Positions 28,700-37,428 of a stretch of DNA of 64,000 nucleotides are shown here, piece by piece. The DNA is from an uncultured Gammaproteobacteria bacterium. Lineage in GTDB: Bacteria > Patescibacteriota > Patescibacteriia > UBA1558 > 2-01-FULL-52-15. Made by a program: the position numbers and the translations under genes. Within the stretch, counting starts at the first letter, position 1; every line of letters begins with the position of its first letter. The notes beneath the pieces were generated by a model. That model did not search any database. It was not told the DNA's origin and was given only the letters and a program-made list of their open reading frames with translations. The DNA lies in the NCBI GenBank assembly GCA_964540995.1, contig CAZIOU010000003.1, positions 576 through 64,575 of the forward strand. Reading direction: 5' to 3'.

Positions 28700-30362
28700 T
28701 CGCTTAGCCTCACATGAATTACGTGATCTGATCGTCAAGCCGGGATTTATCACCGCCGATGAATTTCAAGCCGCTATCAATGAAGCGCAGCACAGCGGTA
28801 AATCATTGGCTACCGTTATATTGGAGAAAAGTTTCCTCACGACTGAAGAGCTAACTCGTCTAGCGTCAGATCATTTTCAGATCCCTTTCGTGCAACTTAG
28901 TCGGGTGTCGATCCCAGCTGATGTCATACAAGCTATCCCCGAATTAGTGGCACAAGAACATCGGGCCGTTGCTTTTGGTTCAGATACTGCGGGAATCAAA
29001 GTTGCTTTCGTCGATCCGCTCGACACCACTGCTATTGAGACCTTGAAGAAAGCAGTAGAACATCCGATCATTGTCTGTGCTGCGACTGAAGATGACGTGG
29101 CGGCTGCTTTGGGTGCGTACCCACATCACTACCTTGATGGGATCAAAGAATTAGCTTTAGCCGCAGCCAAACAGCAAGGAGATAGTAGTGGCATTAGTGA
29201 CGGTCTGATTAAACTGTTTGAATCGTTGCTCAACTATGCAGTAGTCAATCACGCCTCGGATATTCACCTCGAGCCGTATGAAGATCGTTTCTTAGTTCGG
29301 TATCGTATCGATGGAGTCATGCATCATGTTATAGACCTACCTAAGGCCATAGGACTGCCTATAATCAATCGAATCAAGGTATTGGGTAAGATGAAGCTTG
29401 ATGTTAAGAATACGCCGCAGGATGGCAAATTTCGCTTCGGACAAGGAACGGCTGCTATCGATATCCGCGCCTCAATCGCGCCATTAGTTACCGGTGAGAA
29501 AGTTGTCTTACGTTTACTCAGTAGTCGTCATCGGTCATTAAATTTGGGTGATCTTGGTTTGTCGGCTGATCAACTTAAAGCCCTAGGTGCATTAGCTATG
29601 AAGAAGCAGGGTATGATTGTTTCTTGCGGTCCGAGTGGTTCTGGTAAAACAACAACCCTGTATGCTCTACTGAAGAAAATGAATTCGGAGCAAGTTACGA
29701 TTGCTAGTATTGAAGATCCAGTAGAGTATGATCTAGAAGGAGTCAACCAATTGCAAGTGAATGAAGCTTTCAGTCTTTCGTTTAGCGAAGGATTGAAAGT
29801 AATTTTGCGACAGGATCCAGACATCATCATGATTAGTGCCATTCGCGATATTGCTACGGCGCATCTGGCCAATAATGCCGCTCTGACGGGGCACTTGGTT
29901 TTGACCAGTCTAGACGGTACTGATGCTGTCAGTGCTATTGGTCGACTGCGTGAGCTCGAGCTTGATCCTTTCCCCTTGGCTACAAGTTTGCAAGGAATCA
30001 TCGGGCAGCGACTGGTGCGCAAAATTTGTTTCAACTGTCGTATTAGTTATGATCTTAATGACAAAGAGCGGGAAGTACTGGCGCAGCAGTTTCGATTGAC
30101 ACCAGAACAAACCCCCAAACATCTCTATCGAGGTAAGGGTTGTGATGTCTGCGGACAAACTGGTTATCGTGGTCGGGTAGGACTATTTGAAGTATTAGAA
30201 ATTACCGAAGCACTTCGTCAAATGATAATCGATAATCAACCATCCGAAGCGTTGGCTAAAGCGGTACAAACGGCTGGCTGGCGCAGTTTGCGGCTGGACG
30301 CTATAGACAAAGTCTCGTCCGGTCTGACGACGGCGGACGAGGCGTTTCAAGTTTTGTTATAA
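28689..30362 (+). CDS. GspE/PilB-family ATPase, catalytically degenerate
   Basis: ASDIH, PQDG, GPSGSGKTT, EDPVE, Cys pairs; Walker B reads IIMISAIRD. Confidence 0.9.
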   Translation: MLADRLASHELRDLIVKPGFITADEFQAAINEAQHSGKSLATVILEKSFLTTEELTRLASDHFQIPFVQLSRVSIPADVIQAIPELVAQEHRAVAFGSDTAGIKVAFVDPLDTTAIETLKKAVEHPIIVCAATEDDVAAALGAYPHHYLDGIKELALAAAKQQGDSSGISDGLIKLFESLLNYAVVNHASDIHLEPYEDRFLVRYRIDGVMHHVIDLPKAIGLPIINRIKVLGKMKLDVKNTPQDGKFRFGQGTAAIDIRASIAPLVTGEKVVLRLLSSRHRSLNLGDLGLSADQLKALGALAMKKQGMIVSCGPSGSGKTTTLYALLKKMNSEQVTIASIEDPVEYDLEGVNQLQVNEAFSLSFSEGLKVILRQDPDIIMISAIRDIATAHLANNAALTGHLVLTSLDGTDAVSAIGRLRELELDPFPLATSLQGIIGQRLVRKICFNCRISYDLNDKEREVLAQQFRLTPEQTPKHLYRGKGCDVCGQTGYRGRVGLFEVLEITEALRQMIIDNQPSEALAKAVQTAGWRSLRLDAIDKVSSGLTTADEAFQVLL

Positions 30363-30363
30363 G

Positions 30364-30753
30364 TTAGCGGGCAGTAAAGGTGGCGGAGATGATCTGACCA
30401 CTTTTGTTTTGGGCGGGTAGATCTTGGGAAGCGATGAATTTGAGATCGCTATTGTCAGCATGCATAACTACCAGATATTGTTTGCCGCCTTGGAGTTTGT
30501 CAGCGGTAGCGATAGTAATATTGGAGCTCGATCCGATGGGGTAGAGGATGCTCAAACCGAGGATTTTGCCTGGTTGGCCGTTATCGTTCTCATGCACCAC
30601 CAGATAACCAGGAGTATCGAACGTGACTTTCTTGATAACTACACGGTCGCCACTAGCGCTAATGCCAGAGAGCGGTCCTGATTGGCCCAGGGAGCAGCCA
30701 GAAATGATCAATAATACGCCAGCCATCAAGGTGGCGAAAAGTAGCTTTTTCAT
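30364..30753 (-). CDS. Hypothetical lipoprotein
   Basis: Lipobox-like ISGC; GYLVVHE and MHAD motifs. Confidence 0.7.
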   Translation of the reverse strand: MKKLLFATLMAGVLLIISGCSLGQSGPLSGISASGDRVVIKKVTFDTPGYLVVHENDNGQPGKILGLSILYPIGSSSNITIATADKLQGGKQYLVVMHADNSDLKFIASQDLPAQNKSGQIISATFTAR

Positions 30754-30818
30754 GTATATAGTATAGCATGCACGGCGGGTAGTGATAAGCTTTCTGTGCT
30801 ATTATTACTGCGTTTACT

Positions 30819-31532
30819 ATGAAAGTTTGGATTCATCTCAATACGTATAACGAGGCTGATAATCTGGAACCGATAGTGCGGTCTATTTTGGCGCAGCAAC
30901 TCGGTGATTTCACCTTGGCTATCGTTGATGATAATTCTCCTGATGGCACCGGTCACATCGCCGACACGTTAGCCCTTGAAGATAGACGAATTACAGTTAT
31001 CCACCGCCCTGCCAAAGAAGGTATTGGCCCAGCTTATCGGGCTGGTTTCAAGCAGGCTCTGGCCGGTGACTATGATGCTTGTATTCAGATTGATGCTGAC
31101 TTCTCTCATGACGCTGCTGATTTGCCACGGCTGATCGCTGCGCTTACAAATTCTGCCGATATTGTTATTGGTTCTCGCTATGTGCCTGGTGGTCGGGTAG
31201 AGGGTGTGCCTTTGTACCGTCAATGGATCAGCCGTTTAGGTAATTGGTATATCGAGAAGAAACTTCATCTGCCAGTCAATGATGTTACGGCTGGTTTCGT
31301 GGGATTTCGACGAAGTGCTTTGGAGCAGCTCGATATCACTACTATCGGATCATTTGGTTATGCTTGGCAGATCGAAACGAAGGTGCGTGCCGTTCGATTG
31401 AAATTATCTATCGTCGAATTGCCGATAATCTTTCGCGAGCGCCGAGCTAACCAATCTAAATTTACTTGGTCGATTGCCCAGGAGTGCATCGCGGTAGTCA
31501 ATCGTATAGCAATTTCTAACCATGATCACTAA
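30819..31532 (+). CDS. Polyprenol monophosphomannose synthase-like GT2
   Basis: YNEADN, VDDNSPDGTG, DADFSH, GSRY. Confidence 0.92.
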   Translation: MKVWIHLNTYNEADNLEPIVRSILAQQLGDFTLAIVDDNSPDGTGHIADTLALEDRRITVIHRPAKEGIGPAYRAGFKQALAGDYDACIQIDADFSHDAADLPRLIAALTNSADIVIGSRYVPGGRVEGVPLYRQWISRLGNWYIEKKLHLPVNDVTAGFVGFRRSALEQLDITTIGSFGYAWQIETKVRAVRLKLSIVELPIIFRERRANQSKFTWSIAQECIAVVNRIAISNHDH

Positions 31533-33231
31533 GTTACGCCGCTGGTGGCCTGAATTATTATCGGCAGCGATTATCATTAGTCTGCTTTTCTGGCGTCTAG
31601 ATTGGACTGGTATGCTGGGTGATGAGGCGGCCTATGCGGTACGATCGTGGCGTTGGGTTGATTTCCTCTTCTCGCCCTATCAGACTACACCCTGGCAGTG
31701 GTATAACCCCTTGCCCTGGTGGGTTTTCTTGTCTTTTCATGACGCGCCACCGCTGGCGTTCTGGTGGCAGCATGGTGCGCAAACTCTGTTTGGCGCTACT
31801 ACCTGGACAACACGTTTGCCGGGGGTACTAGCTGGTATCGGTGTGGCTGCTTTGGTCTACGACTGTTTGCAACAAACATTTTCGCGACGTACTGCTGTGG
31901 TGGGGTTGCTTATACTTGCAACTCTGACGCCCTTTTATTGGTTGCAACGGACTGCTTTGCTGGAACCAACGATGATGCTGTGGATAATGTTGGCTATTGC
32001 TGCCTTTCTACGAGCCGCTAAGCAACCGCGCTGGTATCTGGCTATTGGAGCCGCTCTTGGACTCGCGCTCCTGACGAAGTACACCGCTTTATTTGTGTTG
32101 CCCGCATTGCTGATTATTATTATCTGGCGCCGTAGAAGTGCTTTGAAACAGCGCCAAATATGGTCCGGTGTCGGTCTGATGATTATCCTGCAATATCCAG
32201 TACTTCTTTATAATCTGCTGATGTACAAGAGTCGAGGACACGCTGATGTACAGATCGCAGCTTTATTACGTCAGACCAATCGCGATTGGCCGATCTTATC
32301 CACACAGGTCAGTACGAGCTGGTGGCAATCATTGGTAAGCCTAGTTCAAAATGTGACTGATCTCTATGCTTGGCCAATGATCATACTTATTATCTTGGTT
32401 CTGGTGCTACTCGGGTTGAAGAAGGTCTGGCGACAAGCTACCAACTATTGGTTGTTACTTGGTCTTTTGGCTCTTGGGTGGATTGTCTTCATGCTGCTGA
32501 CACGACAGGACGCCCGCTTCATCGCTACCGGTTATATTTTCGTTCCCTTGCTTGTAGCGCCACTGGTGACTGCTTGGAGCTACCAATTTCGTTGGTATAG
32601 TCTGATAGTAGTATTACTGCTAGTAATATCATTATTTTATAATCTGCAAACAAATTATTTACCGCAACAGTGGGGGAGCGTTCGCTGGACTTATTCAGCG
32701 TTCCATGGTCGAGGATATGGCTTATTAGCGACGGAGCACTACCTAGCTGCTTTGACTGCTGGTCATCAACCAGATGTATTATTACAGGACGATTATTATC
32801 GACAGTTTGATCCTCGAGTTGCTAAAGAGAAAATATTTGATTTTACAGCCGATGCTTCGGTTTCCAAGGAGCCGGTGTTATCGGATATTATTATCTACGA
32901 TCAGAGAATCAATTGGTTTGCGGAGATTTGGTATTTCAAACGAATCTTTTATTTCCAACGTTTCATGGTCATTAGCACGCGAGATTTAGTAAAGTTTCAC
33001 GAGCAATTTCCTCAAGAATATTTAGATATTACCAGCGGCAAAAATTTTCATTATTTTCAAATAACTGATAGTGATTTGATTGATAAAGTTGCTGGGCTTG
33101 ATAGTGTCAACACGCAAGCAGAAAAGTTACTAACTGCTTCAGGTGAAACGATGTTACCGAGCCCGACTGGTCAATCCGCCTTCAAATTGTACACCGGAGT
33201 TTTCCCAGTCGGAGCTGTGCCTAAGCCCTAG
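31522..33231 (+). CDS. ArnT/PMT-like (GT-C) membrane glycosyltransferase
   Basis: DE motif, HDAPPL, LTKY; many TM helices; coupled to the PPM synthase gene. Confidence 0.82.
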   Translation: MITKLRRWWPELLSAAIIISLLFWRLDWTGMLGDEAAYAVRSWRWVDFLFSPYQTTPWQWYNPLPWWVFLSFHDAPPLAFWWQHGAQTLFGATTWTTRLPGVLAGIGVAALVYDCLQQTFSRRTAVVGLLILATLTPFYWLQRTALLEPTMMLWIMLAIAAFLRAAKQPRWYLAIGAALGLALLTKYTALFVLPALLIIIIWRRRSALKQRQIWSGVGLMIILQYPVLLYNLLMYKSRGHADVQIAALLRQTNRDWPILSTQVSTSWWQSLVSLVQNVTDLYAWPMIILIILVLVLLGLKKVWRQATNYWLLLGLLALGWIVFMLLTRQDARFIATGYIFVPLLVAPLVTAWSYQFRWYSLIVVLLLVISLFYNLQTNYLPQQWGSVRWTYSAFHGRGYGLLATEHYLAALTAGHQPDVLLQDDYYRQFDPRVAKEKIFDFTADASVSKEPVLSDIIIYDQRINWFAEIWYFKRIFYFQRFMVISTRDLVKFHEQFPQEYLDITSGKNFHYFQITDSDLIDKVAGLDSVNTQAEKLLTASGETMLPSPTGQSAFKLYTGVFPVGAVPKP

Positions 33232-33294
33232 TGCAAAAAACCCAAGAAAATGCTATTATTTCAAAGATAATTAATCAATTAAGATTATCCACAT

Positions 33295-33579
33295 ATGGCA
33301 AAAGGTATTACTAAGTCTCAAATGCTTGAGGCATTAGCCACCAAGACCGGTCACTCCAAGAAGGATGTGGCTGCAATGTTGGAAGCTGTAGCTAACCTAG
33401 CTTACAGCGAAGTTAAGAAAAACGGAGAAATTACCATCCCAGGAATTGGTAAATTGGTCAAGAAGCACCGTGCAGCTCGCATGGGTCGCAACCCGGCCAC
33501 TGGCGCAGAGATCAAAATCCCAGCCAAAACCGTAGTAAAGTTCAAGGTTGCAAAGGCTGCCAAGGACGCTATTCTATAG
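33295..33579 (+). CDS. HU-family DNA-binding protein
   Basis: RAARMGRNPATG..IKIPAK. Confidence 0.95.
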   Translation: MAKGITKSQMLEALATKTGHSKKDVAAMLEAVANLAYSEVKKNGEITIPGIGKLVKKHRAARMGRNPATGAEIKIPAKTVVKFKVAKAAKDAIL

Positions 33580-33749
33580 GAATTAGCTTGTAGGTTGTAG
33601 CCTGTAGGGACAGGTCTTGACCTGTCCTGTAGGTTAGTAGCAAATCAAAAAATACTCCTTTTCTTAAGGACGCTCAGCGCCTGCAAGAAGAGGAGTATTT
33701 GTTATTGACAAAATAGTTAAAACTTATTGTTAAAAAATACCCCCAACCG

Positions 33750-33926
33750 TTAGGTCGGGGGTTGAAAGCTGATTTGGTTCAGTTCGCTATTGAGGCGAAC
33801 CTGTCCATGAGATAGGGTAGCCAGCAGATCACCGTGCCGTAAGAATGTCCACAACATGTAGCCGTAGACAGCCAGACAGGCTAGTAGTAGATTCCTCGGA
33901 AGCGGATATGTCCTATGCTTTGACAT
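33750..33926 (-). CDS. Small hypothetical protein
   Basis: AAGGAG SD before ATG; one TM segment. Confidence 0.4.
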   Translation of the reverse strand: MSKHRTYPLPRNLLLACLAVYGYMLWTFLRHGDLLATLSHGQVRLNSELNQISFQPPT

Positions 33927-33931
33927 CTCCT

Positions 33932-34393
33932 TCAGCCCTTGTGGTCGGCGGGAGTGATGTGACACAGAACTCGGTCTCCCTCCATGAGTGCCACTGAACC
34001 ACCGCGATCGTCCATCAAAGCTGTGAGATATGCGATAAAATCACTGTAACTCCTCGAGCTTCTAAAGAATACCTTCCATTCACTCAACTGCAGAGAACGC
34101 TTGGGGGTCTGGTTTGACCTCGGCATAACTAGGCCTAGGAATTTGCCATTGGCCATGATTGGGGTGGGGAAGTCACCATTCGCATCGATGGTACTTGTGA
34201 GAATCTCAAAAAATGTCGCTGCCGCCTTGTCATCTTTGAAGAAGCCAACAGGAGTTGGTTGATCGCTGGGCGGAGTTTGGAATTGTTTGATCAGAGCAAA
34301 AACCTTATCATAGGCGGCAGAGGCGTCTTGATCGATGAAAAGGTGGCGGTAATGGGCCAACTCAATAAGTACTTTGTTGGGTGTCTCAGACAT
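33932..34393 (-). CDS. Hypothetical protein
   Basis: AAGGAG SD; TTGACT promoter upstream. Confidence 0.6.
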   Translation of the reverse strand: MSETPNKVLIELAHYRHLFIDQDASAAYDKVFALIKQFQTPPSDQPTPVGFFKDDKAAATFFEILTSTIDANGDFPTPIMANGKFLGLVMPRSNQTPKRSLQLSEWKVFFRSSRSYSDFIAYLTALMDDRGGSVALMEGDRVLCHITPADHKG

Positions 34394-34472
34394 GGAACAA
34401 CTCCTTGGTTGAGAGCGGTGGTGTAAAGGAACGGAGCGTAATGAAACTACTAGATTTAGCTAATTTAGTCAA

Positions 34473-34504
34473 TAAAAAGTGCCGCCTAAGTTTCCTTAGG
34501 CGGC
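34473..34504 (-). terminator. Intrinsic terminator
   Basis: GCCGCCTAAG-GAAA-CTTAGGCGGC-AC-TTTTTATT on the minus strand. Confidence 0.8.
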
Positions 34505-34976
34505 GATCTGCTACATGGCCCCTTGCGAACAAGGGATAGCGACTTGTTTAAGGTCATCTATTATTGCCGCAGCAGAAGGAAGGTGGAGGCAGCGTTCAAA
34601 CTTACTAGAGCTCTACGGAACCTAAGTTTCCTTAGGCAGGTCCATGGAGAGTTTGGTAACTCTACCGTAGTAACTATAGCAGCGAGTCTGCCTCCAATGA
34701 TAAGGTACGATCCCCTCGAATGCTATCGTAGGATAGCTCGCGACCGTCCCGCTGGAAGCATTTCAACGGGATCGCACCAAAATGGCTGGGTGGCTCACAG
34801 AGTGGTCAAAAAATCGCGTGTTCGACCCAGAGCGTCCTCCTTTTACAAGTAAGAACAACTCATCTCTGTGAGACGCACCCAAAGGTACAATATAAGGGGG
34901 TACAACCGGAACAGCTTCGGCCTTACACTAACACTCGTTTGAGGTTAGATGACTGTAACCGGTCGTACCCGCAACC
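34473..34976 (-). ncRNA. Candidate large structured non-coding RNA, class unrecognised
   Basis: Own promoter and terminator, at least 6 long helices, GAAA/UUCG loops and G-U pairs on the minus strand, long-range 8-bp pairing; no minus-strand ORF in the track. Confidence 0.7.
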
Positions 34977-34981
34977 AGCGC

Positions 34982-35009
34982 ACTTTAGCACACTGGTCTA
35001 ATGTGTCAA
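34982..35009 (-). promoter_or_regulatory. Sigma70-like promoter for the candidate ncRNA
   Basis: TTGACA-16 nt-TAAAGT with TG extended -10. Confidence 0.65.
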
Positions 35010-35037
35010 ATTATTTCAGGGGGTATTTGGCACTATG

Positions 35038-35568
35038 TCACAAGCGCTGTCGACACTCATATATCTTAAACTCGATCACTTCATTTTCGTTGGGTATGTA
35101 TAGAATGGTCGCGTCCTTCATACTTGAGAGATTGTAGGCAAGTTTGTATAGACTCGTTGTTCCGATTTCAACATAAATCTTTTGATTATCTTTTTCGGCC
35201 AGTAAGTCTGCGGTTCCAAAATTGGTATGAGGTTCCTGTAATATAGTGTAGTCTTCGAATTCAAAATAGTTAACTACTTTATTCATCATATCAAAATGCC
35301 AATCGGCACCATGTTTTTTCGTTAGATTCTTACGGTTTACTGAATGGCCAGTGTGTTCCCATAGAGTAGAGGATTTTAGCTCCTTCACCGCGACGTCACC
35401 AGTAACTATGAGGATAGCAATGTGCCTCAAAAGGCATTTAGAGCATGAAATGGGTTCATTGATATGAGGACTCTGAGCTTGCTGAATTTTCGAACTTAGC
35501 CATTGTATTTCTTTATGAAGGTGTTTCTCTACAACATCCCAGGGTAAACTTGATGGTTGTTTATTCAT
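35038..35568 (-). CDS. Hypothetical protein with PD-(D/E)XK-like C-terminus
   Basis: GTADLLAE...IYVEIG pattern; overlaps the xer stop. Confidence 0.6.
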   Translation of the reverse strand: MNKQPSSLPWDVVEKHLHKEIQWLSSKIQQAQSPHINEPISCSKCLLRHIAILIVTGDVAVKELKSSTLWEHTGHSVNRKNLTKKHGADWHFDMMNKVVNYFEFEDYTILQEPHTNFGTADLLAEKDNQKIYVEIGTTSLYKLAYNLSSMKDATILYIPNENEVIEFKIYECRQRL

Positions 35569-36517
35569 TCTTGATATCCTTTCCACCATGATATTTGCTG
35601 TGAATATCTTTTAGTTGTTTATTAGTAACATGTGTATAGATCTGAGTAGTGGCAATATTTTTGTGTCCTAGAAATTCTTGTACTAATCTTAGGTCAACGC
35701 CATGAATAAGTAGGTCGGTGGCATAGGAGTGTCTCAGTGTATGTGGTGAAGCGTCTAGTGCAATACCAGCTAGGCGCGTATATTTCTGCACGATACGCTC
35801 CATAGAACGAGGTGTCAGACGATTAGCTTTGGAGGCGATATTAAAGCTATGTGAAATAAATAGTGCTTTGTCATCATCATTACGTTCATGAAGATACTTC
35901 TGTAACCAGTCGAGACAACGAACCGAAAAATAAACGGTTCTTACACGATTACCTTTACCGATAACCGGCACTTCCAGACTAATCTTTTGTTGCTTAGCGG
36001 GTATTCGCTCCTTATTGAGTGCCGTTAGTTCTGAAACTCGCAAACCAGTGGAGAATAGGGTTTCTAAGATAGCTCTATCTCGAAGTCCAATGATAGTTTC
36101 TAAATCAGGTGTAAGCAGTAAACGTTCAATTTGATCGAGAGATAAAAATTTTATTTTTTGACCTGATTTATCGTCCTTAGCCAATTTTACCTTATCAGGT
36201 GCTATGCAGGGTATATTCTTGTCACTGAAATAACTTAATAATGATCTTAGAGCAATTAGATAATAATTTTGAGTAGTGCGTTTGAGTGGTTTGTCATTCG
36301 AAGTATTCCTTTTCGACAAGAAAATTCTATATTGCCAAAGCAGGTCAGTCGTCAAAAGAGGGGGAGTGAGATCGGGTTGCTTAATTGTTTGAAGCCAGTC
36401 AGTAAATTTTTTTAGATAGCGATCATAATTAATTTGAGTAGTCTGAGATAGACCGCGTTCAATTTCTAGATATTCTAATAAATCTGGGATGTAAGCTCGG
36501 ATCGATTTGTAAACCAT
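35561..36517 (-). CDS. XerC/XerD-family tyrosine recombinase
   Basis: GLRVSEL, GKGNRVR, HTLRH, LGH, TTQIY catalytic set. Confidence 0.95.
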   Translation of the reverse strand: MVYKSIRAYIPDLLEYLEIERGLSQTTQINYDRYLKKFTDWLQTIKQPDLTPPLLTTDLLWQYRIFLSKRNTSNDKPLKRTTQNYYLIALRSLLSYFSDKNIPCIAPDKVKLAKDDKSGQKIKFLSLDQIERLLLTPDLETIIGLRDRAILETLFSTGLRVSELTALNKERIPAKQQKISLEVPVIGKGNRVRTVYFSVRCLDWLQKYLHERNDDDKALFISHSFNIASKANRLTPRSMERIVQKYTRLAGIALDASPHTLRHSYATDLLIHGVDLRLVQEFLGHKNIATTQIYTHVTNKQLKDIHSKYHGGKDIKNE

Positions 36518-36557
36518 AGAGGAGTGTTAATTATTAGTTGTTGTGGACAACTATAGT

Positions 36558-36585
36558 ATGTCGCACAATATATGTAAAGCGACAT
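36558..36585. other. Candidate dif-like Xer site (11-6-11)
   Basis: ATGTCGCACAA-TATATG-TAAAGCGACAT, 40 bp upstream of xer. Confidence 0.55.
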
Positions 36586-37132
36586 GTAAATAATAACGTA
36601 TCCCAATAAAGCCGTCAAACGCTACAGTAATGATCGTTTTGACCCTGTGCCCTACTACGTAAATCAAATTTTGAATTCAAGGTACAATATGACCTGAAAT
36701 TTCAATTTGTACGCTCTTCTATCGGTTTCGTCCGTTACTCCTATCTCTTTAGCTACGACGCATTTAAAGCCTCGTTTGAGGATGGCTACGGTACTCGGTA
36801 CTAGGTGCTCGTTTAGATCTATTAGGGCATCTATGACCTAAGTCGCTCTTAGTGACACTAGCTAGCACTTATTCAGTTAATGCGCTTTGGGTCATCTATG
36901 ACCTGAATTGGTAAATTTAAATTCAACTGACGTTCGTGTTGGATAGATCAGACCACTACGGCTCGTTTCGAATTATGTTTAGGAGGTATGTCGCCTCCAA
37001 AAATGCACTGGTGGGCTATGTGTCGTAAAATATATTGCTGCATGGGACTCGGTACTAGGTGCTCGGGACTCGAAAAGAAACACCGCCTCGATGTTTGAGA
37101 CGGTGTTGTGGACGTTGGGCGTCCGAAGATTA

Positions 37133-37393
37133 TTAGTTGCGAATGGGCTTACGACCGCGCTTGGCTGCTGGCGGTCGACGGGTGAAGGGATTGATCAGGT
37201 CATGACGGGCAATCCAGGCTGATAGACATGATCTGGCGCCGCCCTCCTCTATTTCGAAATCGGTGGCTTGGAATGAACTACCTCCAATGGCAAATATTCC
37301 ATGAATCTCGTCGGCAATTTGTTGGCGTTCGGGCTTGCGAACAATGAATGGAGTCTCTTCAACTTTCTTTCGCCATACCCTGCACCTGATCAT
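37133..37393 (-). CDS. Hypothetical protein
   Basis: 86-aa ORF downstream of ftsQ. Confidence 0.4.
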   Translation of the reverse strand: MIRCRVWRKKVEETPFIVRKPERQQIADEIHGIFAIGGSSFQATDFEIEEGGARSCLSAWIARHDLINPFTRRPPAAKRGRKPIRN

Positions 37394-37428
37394 GGTCTTT
37401 TCCGCCCTGGTTAGAAGTGGGAAAGCAA

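Noticed and set aside
33285-33293. Perfect DnaA boxes TTATCCACA here and at 44867-44875
   Set aside because: Isolated single boxes, with no cluster, unwinding element or dnaA gene nearby, so not oriC.
33604-33627. GTAG-type REP-like palindrome GTAGGGACAGGTCTTGACCTGTCC
   Set aside because: Single copy and no RAYT gene in the window, so a REP system cannot be supported here.
34523-34852. + strand 109-aa ORF and other short ORFs overlapping or antisense to real genes
   Set aside because: No recognisable motifs; explained as shadows of genuine genes or of the structured RNA.
34473-34976. Identifying the structured RNA as RNase P RNA, tmRNA, SRP RNA or a group I/II intron
   Set aside because: No GAGGAAAGUCC/ACAGAA P4 motifs, no tRNA-like ends or tag ORF, no SRP helix-8 motif and no convincing P7 or domain V. 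Partial echoes (GTGCG, TAGATGACTGT) are too short to count.
36000-37100. Replication terminus inferred from convergent gene orientation around xer
   Set aside because: Hand counts of a few 60-nt lines showed no clear G/C skew flip on the + strand across this point. A full skew computation is needed.
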